Positions 55,399 through 64,000 of a stretch of DNA of 64,000 bases are shown here, one piece after another. The notes under the pieces were generated by a model. That model was not told the origin of the DNA. It saw only the letters and a list, made by a program, of their open reading frames with translations, and did not search any database. The stretch lies in assembly GCA_037308085.1 (NCBI GenBank), contig CP147779.1, positions 2,592,001 to 2,656,000 of the forward strand, read 5' to 3'. The position numbers and the translations under genes were made by a program. Each line of letters begins with the position of its first letter. Within the stretch, counting starts at the first letter, position 1. This DNA is from Promethearchaeati archaeon SRVP18_Atabeyarchaeia-1 (GTDB lineage Archaea; Asgardarchaeota; Atabeyarchaeia; Atabeyarchaeales; Atabeyarchaeaceae).

Positions 55399-57507
55399 CT
55401 ATGGGGTCCCCCCAAGCCGGAGTCTGAGATTGCCAAATTCGTCAACTTCGCATTCCCACTTATGAAATACCACTGTTGTCGAATCGTACTGTTCAACTAT
55501 CGCGGGTCCGTGCAGCACATCTCCTGAAACTAGCTTTTCTCTTTCGTAGATCGGGCACTCTTCCCCATTTCCCTCCTCGTCTAGGTGAACGAGTCTCAGA
55601 GACGTAATGGCCTCCCTCGGGTTCTCCCGGTGTCCCTTCGTCTTCTTTGGGAATACGGGTTTACCTGTGATTCCTCTTCCCGACACTCTGAGATTCACTA
55701 ATTCAACTTCTTCGTCTTCCGGCGAGTATCCATATAGCGATTGGTGTGTTAAGTGAAATCCTCTATCAACCTCGCGTAACGCGTCTCCATTGAAGGGGCT
55801 GACTGTGTTGACTTGCAGTTCGTATGCCTGGCCAGAGTATCTCGCGTCCACCCGTCTCTCGAAAACGATGTGCTCGGTATCAACTCCCTCCTCAACCAGA
55901 ATTTTTCTGATTCCCTGCTCCATCTCAGTGAATAGTGTCTCCACCATCTCTGGCTTAGCGTCTGTGACCTTCTTCAGTAGGGGTCTCGAATCGTGGTGAA
56001 CGTAGTCAGCAGTCACCAATCCAAGGGCAGAGAACAGCCCTGGGTTAAGAGGTATTACCACTTGGCTCACAGAGAGCTCTTCTGCGAGCAGGCAGGCGTG
56101 CATAGGTCCCGCACCTCCAAAAGCTATGAGCGTGAATGAACGTGGATCTATTCCCCTCTCGATCGAGACGATTCTCATTATTTTGTTGATCTCCGACACT
56201 GCGATCCTGATTATTCCTGAGGAGGCCTTAATTAGATCCAGTCTGGCTTTCTCGCATATCCACTTGCGAACCGACTTTTCCGCGAGATCTCTATGGATCT
56301 CTAGCTGACCCCCTAGAAGGTACTTTGGATTTAGCCGTCCAAGGACAACGTTAGCATCCGTTACGGTCGGCTTCTCCCCCCCGCGCCCGTAGCATGCTGG
56401 ACCGGGGTCAGCGCCGGCACTCATGGGACCGAGCTGTAGTCCCCCACCTTCATCAACCCAAGCAAGGGTTCCTCCTCCAGCGCCACACTCAACTAGGTCG
56501 ATGAATGGAAATCTAACTGGGTATCCTGAACCTTTTGTGATCCTTCCGCTGTGAATCTTGCCTCCGACCTCGTATTCTGACGTTATCCCAGGTGTGCCGT
56601 CTCTTATGATTCCAGCCTTGGCCGTCGTCCCGCCCATATCGAAGCTGAGAATATTCTTTATGCCTAGCAACCGGCTGTAGAATGATGCTGCGATAACGCC
56701 TGCGGCTGGACCTGATTCTATTATCGTGACGGGCTTCTCCATGATCGCTTTACCAGAAGCGATTCCTCCATTGCTCTGCATTATCATGAATGGTGATTCG
56801 ACCTTAGCCTCAGTTCGCAGTCTAGAAGTGAGTTCTTGTATGTAGCTCGAAATGATCGGCATCAGACATGCGTTTACGACAGCGGTGCTTATTCTCTCAT
56901 ACTCTCTGTATTCTCTTATGACCACGTGCGAGAGTGTTACGCGAAGATCAGGATCTATCTTCTCCAGGCACTTCCCAGCTTCCAGCTCGTGACTCGGCTG
57001 TATGTACGAATTGATGAAGCCTACTGCAACCGACTTTATGTCCTCTCGTCTCAGGGCTTCGCCTATCGCAGCGACTTCATTTTCGTCAATCTGCTCCAGC
57101 TCCTCGCCTTCCGCGCCTATCCTTTCCGATACTTCGTATCTATACATTCGAGGAATGAGAGGCCTGGGTTTCCTAAATGACAGACTGTAAAGCTCAGGTC
57201 TCCTCTGTCTACCTATCTCGATGATATCTCTGAAGCCTCTTGTAGTGAGGAGAGCGGTCTTTGGCAACTCGAATCCAATTTGACCGAGCAGCGCGTTTAC
57301 CGCAACTGTCGTCGCATGGGTTACCGAGACAACTTCACGAGGTTTTGCTCGGCTGAGGAATTCACGTAATGTTCTCAGCACGGCATCAGAAGGCTGCCTT
57401 GGAGTCGAGGAGATCTTGATGTTTGAAAGCTCCCCCGTCTCCTCATTTAGCGCTAGCAGATCAGTGAATGTTCCGCCGATGTCGATGCTGACTCTGTAAC
57501 TCGGCAA
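55399..57507 (-). CDS. hyuA: Hydantoinase A/oxoprolinase family
   Basis: DIGGTFTD, SGPAAG, DMGGTT, SAGADPGP; start placed at TTG 57507. Confidence 0.92.
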   Translation of the reverse strand: MPSYRVSIDIGGTFTDLLALNEETGELSNIKISSTPRQPSDAVLRTLREFLSRAKPREVVSVTHATTVAVNALLGQIGFELPKTALLTTRGFRDIIEIGRQRRPELYSLSFRKPRPLIPRMYRYEVSERIGAEGEELEQIDENEVAAIGEALRREDIKSVAVGFINSYIQPSHELEAGKCLEKIDPDLRVTLSHVVIREYREYERISTAVVNACLMPIISSYIQELTSRLRTEAKVESPFMIMQSNGGIASGKAIMEKPVTIIESGPAAGVIAASFYSRLLGIKNILSFDMGGTTAKAGIIRDGTPGITSEYEVGGKIHSGRITKGSGYPVRFPFIDLVECGAGGGTLAWVDEGGGLQLGPMSAGADPGPACYGRGGEKPTVTDANVVLGRLNPKYLLGGQLEIHRDLAEKSVRKWICEKARLDLIKASSGIIRIAVSEINKIMRIVSIERGIDPRSFTLIAFGGAGPMHACLLAEELSVSQVVIPLNPGLFSALGLVTADYVHHDSRPLLKKVTDAKPEMVETLFTEMEQGIRKILVEEGVDTEHIVFERRVDARYSGQAYELQVNTVSPFNGDALREVDRGFHLTHQSLYGYSPEDEEVELVNLRVSGRGITGKPVFPKKTKGHRENPREAITSLRLVHLDEEGNGEECPIYEREKLVSGDVLHGPAIVEQYDSTTVVFHKWECEVDEFGNLRLRLGGTP

Positions 57508-57692
57508 ACTTGTGCACCCACGATGAAAGCCTGTTGGGGTTGTGTTGCATATTGTGAAGGTAGTTCTTACCCTAATAAGCAAGTTGAAGCTGGCTACATC
57601 TGCAATCTTGTAAGAGGAGGAGCAAATACTGTCTTTGACTAGGGCTACTTTTCTCGTCTCGCAAATCCTTATAATCAACAAGAGAACAAGAG

Positions 57693-58565
57693 ATGCGAAA
57701 GGAAGTCAGCCCGGAGGATCTCGTTTTGTGCAAATTCTGTGTCAAGCATGGTGCGGGGAAGAAATGGTATGAGAACGTGCGAAACTACTCCAAAGAGCTG
57801 TACGAGGAGATTAATGCCCATCAATGGACTGTGGATCACTGGCGAGTCAACGACAAGACGTTCGCGGATGGCGTCACTGGATTATATGATCTGGTGAAAG
57901 ATCCTGTGAGAGGTGCCCCAATTAGGAAAACGTGGAATGACATACTTCACAAGGACACCCCTCCCCAGAAGTGGCCTGAGGGACACATGTGCCAAGTAGT
58001 GACTCTGGAAGAAGCAAAACAGATGGTGAAGATAGCTGGACCTGTGGTCAAGTTCCAGTGCATCTGCAGGAAATTTATAAGGAATACGACGGAAAAAGTC
58101 TGTATAGCTTTCCTGAAGCATGCAGAAGTCGCAGAGATGTTTCCTGACCACGTCTACAAGGGCGTCGAGAGAATGTCCCCAGAGGAAGCTGGAGCCTTCT
58201 TGGAGGAGACGAATGAACGCGGTTTTGTCCACACTGCATCTGCGGTTCCAATGCCATACGTGGGTGCGGTCTGCAACTGCCACTACCCAGAGTGCGGCAT
58301 ACTGAGACCGAAGATGGATCTTGGGATTGACTCCTGCTTGAAGGGACATTATGTCGCCTCCGTGAACATCGACAAGTGCACAGGTTGCAAGACTTGTCTC
58401 AGTCGTTGCCAGTTTGGTGCGATGCAATTCTCAGAGATCTTGGGACGTGCTCAAGCTTTCCAGTTCCGCTGCTTTGGGTGCGGACACTGTGCCACGGCGT
58501 GCCCAGAACACGCTATTGACATGATACCTAAGGAGAAAATACTGGCGCTCAAGGATGTGTGGTGA
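57693..58565 (+). CDS. 4Fe-4S dicluster-containing protein
   Basis: CICR, CNCH..C, CTGCKTCLSRC, CFGCGHCATACP. Confidence 0.85.
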   Translation: MRKEVSPEDLVLCKFCVKHGAGKKWYENVRNYSKELYEEINAHQWTVDHWRVNDKTFADGVTGLYDLVKDPVRGAPIRKTWNDILHKDTPPQKWPEGHMCQVVTLEEAKQMVKIAGPVVKFQCICRKFIRNTTEKVCIAFLKHAEVAEMFPDHVYKGVERMSPEEAGAFLEETNERGFVHTASAVPMPYVGAVCNCHYPECGILRPKMDLGIDSCLKGHYVASVNIDKCTGCKTCLSRCQFGAMQFSEILGRAQAFQFRCFGCGHCATACPEHAIDMIPKEKILALKDVW

Positions 58566-58569
58566 GAAT

Positions 58570-58803
58570 ATGCCAAGAGTCAAAATCAGTTGGCTTAGGG
58601 AAAAGTGTGGCAAGCCGCAGGACTGCGGCAAATGTCTGCAAGTCTGCCCACATGCCGTATTCACGATGATTGCAGTAGATCGGCAACCGGGGAAATTAAC
58701 TGAGAAATATGACCTGCTTCCTTCCCTCGAGAGTTTCTGCACGATGTGTAATCTGTGCGTCGAGAACTGCCCTAAAGATGCTTTGACAATCAACGTCAAG
58801 TAG
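58570..58803 (+). CDS. 2[4Fe-4S] ferredoxin
   Basis: C....DCGKCLQVCP, CTMCNLCVENCP. Confidence 0.85.
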   Translation: MPRVKISWLREKCGKPQDCGKCLQVCPHAVFTMIAVDRQPGKLTEKYDLLPSLESFCTMCNLCVENCPKDALTINVK

Positions 58804-58869
58804 TCTGGGCAGACAACCTTTCTTTCTTCTCTTGGTAGAACGATTTCCAGTGGTAGCCCAGAATCGCTT

Positions 58870-60069
58870 CTATTCCTCAGCTTCGGCTTTGACTGGCAAT
58901 CCCATGGACTTGGCGACTAAGCTCACGAGATCGTGGACTGGAAAGGCACCTTCTTCTAGTCGCGCAGCGGCGTATCGCAGATTTGTCTCGCAAAGCGGGC
59001 ATGCTGAAACGACTGATTCTGCTCCAGTCTGGCGAGCTTCCTTGATTCTTTTTAGTGCTATGTTTACAGCCTCCTCTGGATAGACGGTGAAGAACCCGCC
59101 ACCGCCCCCGCAGCAATTAGAGTTCTTTCTATTGTACTGCATCTCTACCAGCGAGACTCCGGGAATCCTAGATAGGACTCGTCTTGGTGGCTCGTATACC
59201 TCCCCGTGTCTGCCCAGATGGCAGGGATCATGGTAAGTTGTCTTCATGGGGAGGTTCTTGACGAACTTGAGTTTTCCGTCGTTGAGGAGTTTATCCAAGA
59301 CTTCGGTTATGTGTTGGACTTCGATGCTGAATCCTGGTATTGTCTGCGGGTAGGTGTTTTTCAGCATTGTGTAACAGCCAGCGCACCCTGTGATCACTTT
59401 CTTCACTCCGCTATCCTTAAGGAGTTCTGCGTTGTGTCTGGCAAATTCCTCGTAGGTTGATTGGTTTCCATCCCAGTATGGGTGGTTCCCGCAACACCAT
59501 TCGTCTCTAAGTACTGCGAAGTCGAAACCTGATTTGTTCAGCACTCGGACAGTGGCTTCGGCAACGCTTGGATAGCGGTATGATGACACACAGCCTGCAA
59601 AATAGGCGTTTTCGCCTTTGCCCTTGATCGGGAACTCCTTTGGTAGCCAACCAAATCGTTCTGACTGAGGCTTGCCATAGGGATTCCTTGATTGCTGCAG
59701 AACTGAATCCATCTTCCTGTGTTCAGGTAGAGGGGCCTTGCCTGCTTTCACAAGTTCGGATCGAGCAACGCGAATTATCTCTGGCGGATCGATGAATCCG
59801 GTGGGGCAGATCTCCGAGCAGAGTTTGCACGAAGTGCATGCGTAGAGCCTCTTGATGGCGCCCTCCGTCATCGGGTGCCACTCCTTGAGTTGGCCCTTGA
59901 GCATTAGCAGTTTTCCTCTTGGCGTTACCGATTCCCATCCCTCCTCAGCGTACACTGGGCATCTAGCAACACAGTCTGCGCACCAGTTACACAGCATTAT
60001 AGTGGGCCTATACTCTGCGACAGACTTGCGGATAATCTTGGAAGGTTTAATGATTGCATTGCTCACCAT
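58870..60069 (-). CDS. (Fe-S)-binding CCG protein (GlcF/HdrD-like)
   Basis: Two ferredoxin motifs, CCGN, YHDPCHLGR, CCGGGGG. Confidence 0.9.
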   Translation of the reverse strand: MVSNAIIKPSKIIRKSVAEYRPTIMLCNWCADCVARCPVYAEEGWESVTPRGKLLMLKGQLKEWHPMTEGAIKRLYACTSCKLCSEICPTGFIDPPEIIRVARSELVKAGKAPLPEHRKMDSVLQQSRNPYGKPQSERFGWLPKEFPIKGKGENAYFAGCVSSYRYPSVAEATVRVLNKSGFDFAVLRDEWCCGNHPYWDGNQSTYEEFARHNAELLKDSGVKKVITGCAGCYTMLKNTYPQTIPGFSIEVQHITEVLDKLLNDGKLKFVKNLPMKTTYHDPCHLGRHGEVYEPPRRVLSRIPGVSLVEMQYNRKNSNCCGGGGGFFTVYPEEAVNIALKRIKEARQTGAESVVSACPLCETNLRYAAARLEEGAFPVHDLVSLVAKSMGLPVKAEAEE

Positions 60070-60072
60070 AAT

Positions 60073-61527
60073 TCAATGGCCTCCCGCCTTCTTCGGTAAC
60101 TGAGTGGAAGTCGATTTGGGAATGCCGTCCAGTCCCATCACTCCAGGGTTCATTATGCCTCTGGGATCAAAGACCTTCTTGATCTTCGTCATGTATTCGA
60201 GCGCTAGACCGTGCTCCATTGGCAAAAACATGGCTTTTGTCAGCCCAGCGCCATGCTCAGCGGTTATCGTTCCCTTGTATTTGTTGAGCACTATTTCGGC
60301 GATCGCTCGTGCGATCCTGTCACCCTTCTCTATCTCCTTCGATTGATCAATCGAAAGTCCAATATGGACGTTACCATCACCGATGTGCCCAAACATGACC
60401 ATTAGCGGTGCCCCAGCCTTCTTCGCGACTTCTTTCAGCTCCCTGAGAGCCTCTGGAACTCTTGATATTGGAACGCCAGTGTCTGACACGGCGTGGATTA
60501 CTAGGTTTTCACCACGTAGCTGCGTAACCCGAGTGTACACGCTATCCCGAGCTCTCCACATAAGTAGCCTTTCTTCAGGGTCCCGGGAAGCCATTATCTC
60601 AACCGCCCCATTCTCTTGGCAGATCTTCCTCACCTTCTCAATCTCCGCATTGACTACGCTTTCGATTGACCCGTCCGTCTCAATCATCAGGTTCGCCTCC
60701 CCGAGAGGAAGAGGCTTCTTTAGCGCAGGATTCATGGCAGCCGCACAGAACTGATCGACGAATTCCATGGCCGAGGGTGTGATTCCTGAGTTAATTATCT
60801 GAGAAGCGACCTTGCCCGCATCCACAACGGATTTGAATACAGCTATCAAGACTTGGGCATACTTCGGCATTGGGAGAATCTTCAAGGCAATTTCGGTGAA
60901 AACTCCAAGTGTTCCTTCCGAGCCCACAAACAGTCTGGTCAGGTCGTATCCCGAAGAGGTCTTGATTGATCTTGAACCTGTCTTGATCACATCACCATTT
61001 GGAAGAACGACTTCAAGCCCCAAGACGAAGTCTCTGGTTACTCCATACTTAACTGCTCGGATGCCACTGGCATTATTCCCTACCATGCCACCCACAGTGC
61101 AAGACATCGCGCTTCCAGGCTCCGGAGGGAAGCAGTATCCGAATTTTGAGAGCTCCTCGTTTAGCTTGGAGTATAACACGCCAGGTTCGACAACAACCGT
61201 TCTGTCCCCGATGGCGATCTCCTTGATCTTATTCATCTTTCTCATGTCTAAAATGATTCCGCCCTTCAGGGTCAGAGCCTGTCCCGCTAAGCTGGTGCCA
61301 GCTCCGCGTGGGTTTACCGGTATCCCACCTTCGTTGCAGTACTTCAGAATCTGAACAAGCTCGTCCTTGCTTTCTGGGCGAACGATAGCCCAGGGTTCGC
61401 CTTGATGATTTGATGCATCAAGACTGTAGGCGAACAGCTCAGTCTCATCGATAGAGACGTCGTTCTCGCCAACTATCTTTGAAATGCTATCGAATAGCAA
61501 CTTCTGGTCAGGAATTGTCGAAGTCAT
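60073..61527 (-). CDS. FAD-linked oxidase, GlcD/D-lactate dehydrogenase type
   Basis: RGAGTSLAG, GSEGTLG, GHIGDGNVH, AEHG. Confidence 0.9.
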   Translation of the reverse strand: MTSTIPDQKLLFDSISKIVGENDVSIDETELFAYSLDASNHQGEPWAIVRPESKDELVQILKYCNEGGIPVNPRGAGTSLAGQALTLKGGIILDMRKMNKIKEIAIGDRTVVVEPGVLYSKLNEELSKFGYCFPPEPGSAMSCTVGGMVGNNASGIRAVKYGVTRDFVLGLEVVLPNGDVIKTGSRSIKTSSGYDLTRLFVGSEGTLGVFTEIALKILPMPKYAQVLIAVFKSVVDAGKVASQIINSGITPSAMEFVDQFCAAAMNPALKKPLPLGEANLMIETDGSIESVVNAEIEKVRKICQENGAVEIMASRDPEERLLMWRARDSVYTRVTQLRGENLVIHAVSDTGVPISRVPEALRELKEVAKKAGAPLMVMFGHIGDGNVHIGLSIDQSKEIEKGDRIARAIAEIVLNKYKGTITAEHGAGLTKAMFLPMEHGLALEYMTKIKKVFDPRGIMNPGVMGLDGIPKSTSTQLPKKAGGH

Positions 61528-61639
61528 GTATGGTCTTCTCCTTCTGCTGGGAAAACGAGAAAGGAACACATAGATAAGCCTTTATCTGCGCGGATGGTGA
61601 AGTGGTCGCGCCATCAAGATTGCTTCAGGTTCCTAATCT

Positions 61640-62416
61640 CTAGAACAGTGCCTGAGGATTTATCTTTAACCCACCGTTTGTGATTACATATGGTATGAGC
61701 TTCGTCGTATGATATGTCTCTCTCAAATGTTCTATTCTGAGATATGTCCTTGATTCATCCTTCTCTATTCTTCTTATCATCTCAATGCTGTTACCAGTTA
61801 GTTGTTTCAGTGCTGTCTCGATTAGCGGTCCGTGCATACCCAAGTGAGCTACAAAGAGAGCTACGGCGTTTTCGACGAGGTTTGTTCGAACTACAAGGCG
61901 CCTGAATAGCCTGTAGACTTTCGAGAGATCAGGTACTGTACTCAGAATAGGAGAAACCGAGTCTATGACGATTCGAATAGTTGAAGTCTCAGACGCCATC
62001 CGACTCAGGCTCGTCATTAGACTGTCGAAAACCGCGAACACCTCATCGAGGTTGCCAGGGTTCTTGACATATGTCTCTTCGAGGAATTTCTGCTGCGGAA
62101 TATCTGTGGCGCCACTGAACGCGTCGGCGATGAAGAGCCGCCTCTTAGGTGAGTCTACTGAGAAATAGGGGGAAATGTCCCAATTGAACCGAGCCATTCT
62201 TCGCACGAGCTCTGAGGGAGGAAAGTCCAACACGAAGTAGAGAACGTAGTCATTTCGCTTAAGTCCCTCCCAAATGAAGTGTTCACAGAAAATACTCTTG
62301 CCTGCGCCTGGAGGTCCGATCAAAAGGATTGTTGATGGCTTCGGGAAACCGCCTTCTATCAGAGGGTCAAATCCCTCTATCCCTACAGGGATTCTCTCAC
62401 GTTCTTTTGGTGTCAT
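61640..62416 (-). CDS. KaiC-like/RAD55 family ATPase
   Basis: GIEGFDPLIEGG, GPPGAGKS, IVIDS. Confidence 0.88.
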   Translation of the reverse strand: MTPKERERIPVGIEGFDPLIEGGFPKPSTILLIGPPGAGKSIFCEHFIWEGLKRNDYVLYFVLDFPPSELVRRMARFNWDISPYFSVDSPKRRLFIADAFSGATDIPQQKFLEETYVKNPGNLDEVFAVFDSLMTSLSRMASETSTIRIVIDSVSPILSTVPDLSKVYRLFRRLVVRTNLVENAVALFVAHLGMHGPLIETALKQLTGNSIEMIRRIEKDESRTYLRIEHLRETYHTTKLIPYVITNGGLKINPQALF

Positions 62417-63012
62417 CTTTTCCTCATCCGCTCAAGCGCTATTTTCGTGATGTCTTCCGGCGCGGCGACAATGAACTCGCAGTGATCATCGCCCTTTGAC
62501 CTGCAGAGCACTTCGACGCACTCCCTTCTCTCTCCTGAGAAGAACTCGGCGAATCCTGCAATGAGTCCCCTAATCTGGTGGCAGACGGCTCGGTCACTTC
62601 TCCCGTAGCTTTCCGCAATAGGTGAATCTCTTACGACAAAAACTGCCTGCAGATTGTCAAATCCGACTAGTTCCCACCGTCCCCATGCAGTAGTCCTCAT
62701 GAATTCTAGTCCGGCCTCTACAATCTTTCGGCTCCGTTTCCCTCCAACTTCGACGCTCTTCCGGACGATTTGGCCACTTGAGCGCCCAGCTTCCCTATTC
62801 GCCTCGTAAAGCAACACTCCCGCCGCGTCGAAACCCACGAGGCTCTCGATGCGCTTTTGGACTGACACATAGGAATCTGAAGAGAATATTAGGAAGCGCA
62901 TATTCACAGCCTTGAGGATCCCTTTGCCGTAGTCGTATGAGACATTTTGCAGCAGTTTCGCCACTGCTTCTGCGAATTCGTTAATTCCACTCAACTTCAC
63001 TATTTCCCCCAT
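62413..63012 (-). CDS. V4R (4-vinyl reductase) domain protein
   Basis: WGRW, CHQIRGLIAG, EVLCRSKGDDHCEF. Confidence 0.9.
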   Translation of the reverse strand: MGEIVKLSGINEFAEAVAKLLQNVSYDYGKGILKAVNMRFLIFSSDSYVSVQKRIESLVGFDAAGVLLYEANREAGRSSGQIVRKSVEVGGKRSRKIVEAGLEFMRTTAWGRWELVGFDNLQAVFVVRDSPIAESYGRSDRAVCHQIRGLIAGFAEFFSGERRECVEVLCRSKGDDHCEFIVAAPEDITKIALERMRKR

Positions 63013-63137
63013 TTTTCTGAGTCAATCACATAATCGGCAGCAGAGGATGACTCACGGTACCTATTCAAGTTCAATGGTAATTAAGATTAGCCTCGGAAGG
63101 CGACCAATCATCAGAAAAAGCATTGGGAAGAGAAGTC

Positions 63138-64000
63138 CTAGCTCTTCTCCACCCATGAGAATTTCCGCTGAAACGTTTTTGGATAGTATAGCTTCCAGTC
63201 GTAATCTACTTTCTTTCCCCAATTATAGTATATTCTTGGGTCTATGTAGCTCTTGAGGGATGTTCTGAGGTTATAGTTACAGGTCTTGGTCATCAAGTCT
63301 ATCTTAAGATCGAGTTCTCTGGCATGTTTCTTCGAACGCTCGTCGTCTTTCTGCCTGAGCGCGTTCAACGTTTCCTTCTTTTTCGCTAAGCTCTGATCCC
63401 AGTTCTTGGGCAGCTGCCTCTTGTGGTTAAGTTCTTCTGCCGCACGGAGGTTCGCGGTAGTCGCTTCATACTTTTTCTTTATCGGTGCGTCGTCTTTAGT
63501 AACCGCTGACTCGTCAAGGTATTTTCTGACAATTCTGGATCCATGGAAGGTCCTGAATACCTTGGCTGTCAGCCCTGGTAGCACATCGCTCAAGAAGCGC
63601 CTTACGTTGTCAGATTTGACACCCTCAAAAATGGGGGAGGTAGCCGCTGCGATGAATTCCCTGATATTACTCACTACTTGCTCCTTAAGCTCCACATTCC
63701 TGACCCATCGGACTGAGTCCTTCCCCAAGAAATCGAAATTCACGTGGGTGTTATCTATTATTTTCACGTGCTCCGGTCTCAGGGTAGTGGCTCCAACCGT
63801 GTCTGCCTCATCCTTGGCTTTCTCATCACCTACCCGAATCTTCAACTCATTTATCAGGTAGCAAACGGTTGCCACTTTCCTCCTCATCGCGTCTCCTGAG
63901 ACAAGGTTCTTCTCTATGTGATCCTTCAGCTTTCCGAATCTCGTTTCAAGCTTGTTTGCCAAGTCGAACTTCCTTTTTTCCCGCTCCTGCTTGACACTTA
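63138..64000 (-). CDS. DNA topoisomerase IB, eukaryote-like (C-terminal part; gene starts beyond window)
   Basis: Catalytic pentad IRVGDEK, GKDS, KVFRT, LNH, TSLKSYIDPR; frame open to the window edge. Confidence 0.93.
   Translation of the reverse strand, partial: SVKQEREKRKFDLANKLETRFGKLKDHIEKNLVSGDAMRRKVATVCYLINELKIRVGDEKAKDEADTVGATTLRPEHVKIIDNTHVNFDFLGKDSVRWVRNVELKEQVVSNIREFIAAATSPIFEGVKSDNVRRFLSDVLPGLTAKVFRTFHGSRIVRKYLDESAVTKDDAPIKKKYEATTANLRAAEELNHKRQLPKNWDQSLAKKKETLNALRQKDDERSKKHARELDLKIDLMTKTCNYNLRTSLKSYIDPRIYYNWGKKVDYDWKLYYPKTFQRKFSWVEKS

Noticed and set aside
14950-63861. Numerous 60-180 aa antisense or nested ORFs in the ORF track
   Set aside because: They are shadows of well-supported genes on the opposite strand or frame and have no motifs of their own.

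Overview
Archaeal chromosomal window, most consistent with an Asgard archaeon. It carries Rab-like and Arf-like small GTPases, a possible longin-like partner, a V4R protein, a eukaryote-type topoisomerase IB and TATA/BRE promoters. Positions 1-9128 are the right part of an AT-richer integrated mobile element. That part holds a leftward operon of small HTH, AbrB-like, Zn-ribbon and membrane genes, a divergent RHH repressor plus P-loop Rep/helicase-like operon, a 234-bp concentric palindrome of 9-bp iterons (candidate origin), a Type IIG restriction-modification gene, and a tRNA 3'-end fragment (GGAGACGGCGCCA) that probably marks the att boundary. The rest is host metabolism: a THUMP-less ThiI/SAMP cluster, an internally deleted IS605/tnpB element, a glpABC + alkyl-DHAP-synthase-like + CCG Fe-S operon near an FGGY kinase, PEPCK, polyol catabolism, a split 2-oxoacid dehydrogenase complex with two lipoate ligases, possible B12/Co uptake genes, hydantoinase A/B, a GlcD-type oxidoreductase, a KaiC-like ATPase + V4R pair and Topo IB (runs off the right edge). 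Several intergenic regions fold into nested stems, the strongest at 51459-51699. All calls come from motif reading by eye; no database searches or folding computations were run.
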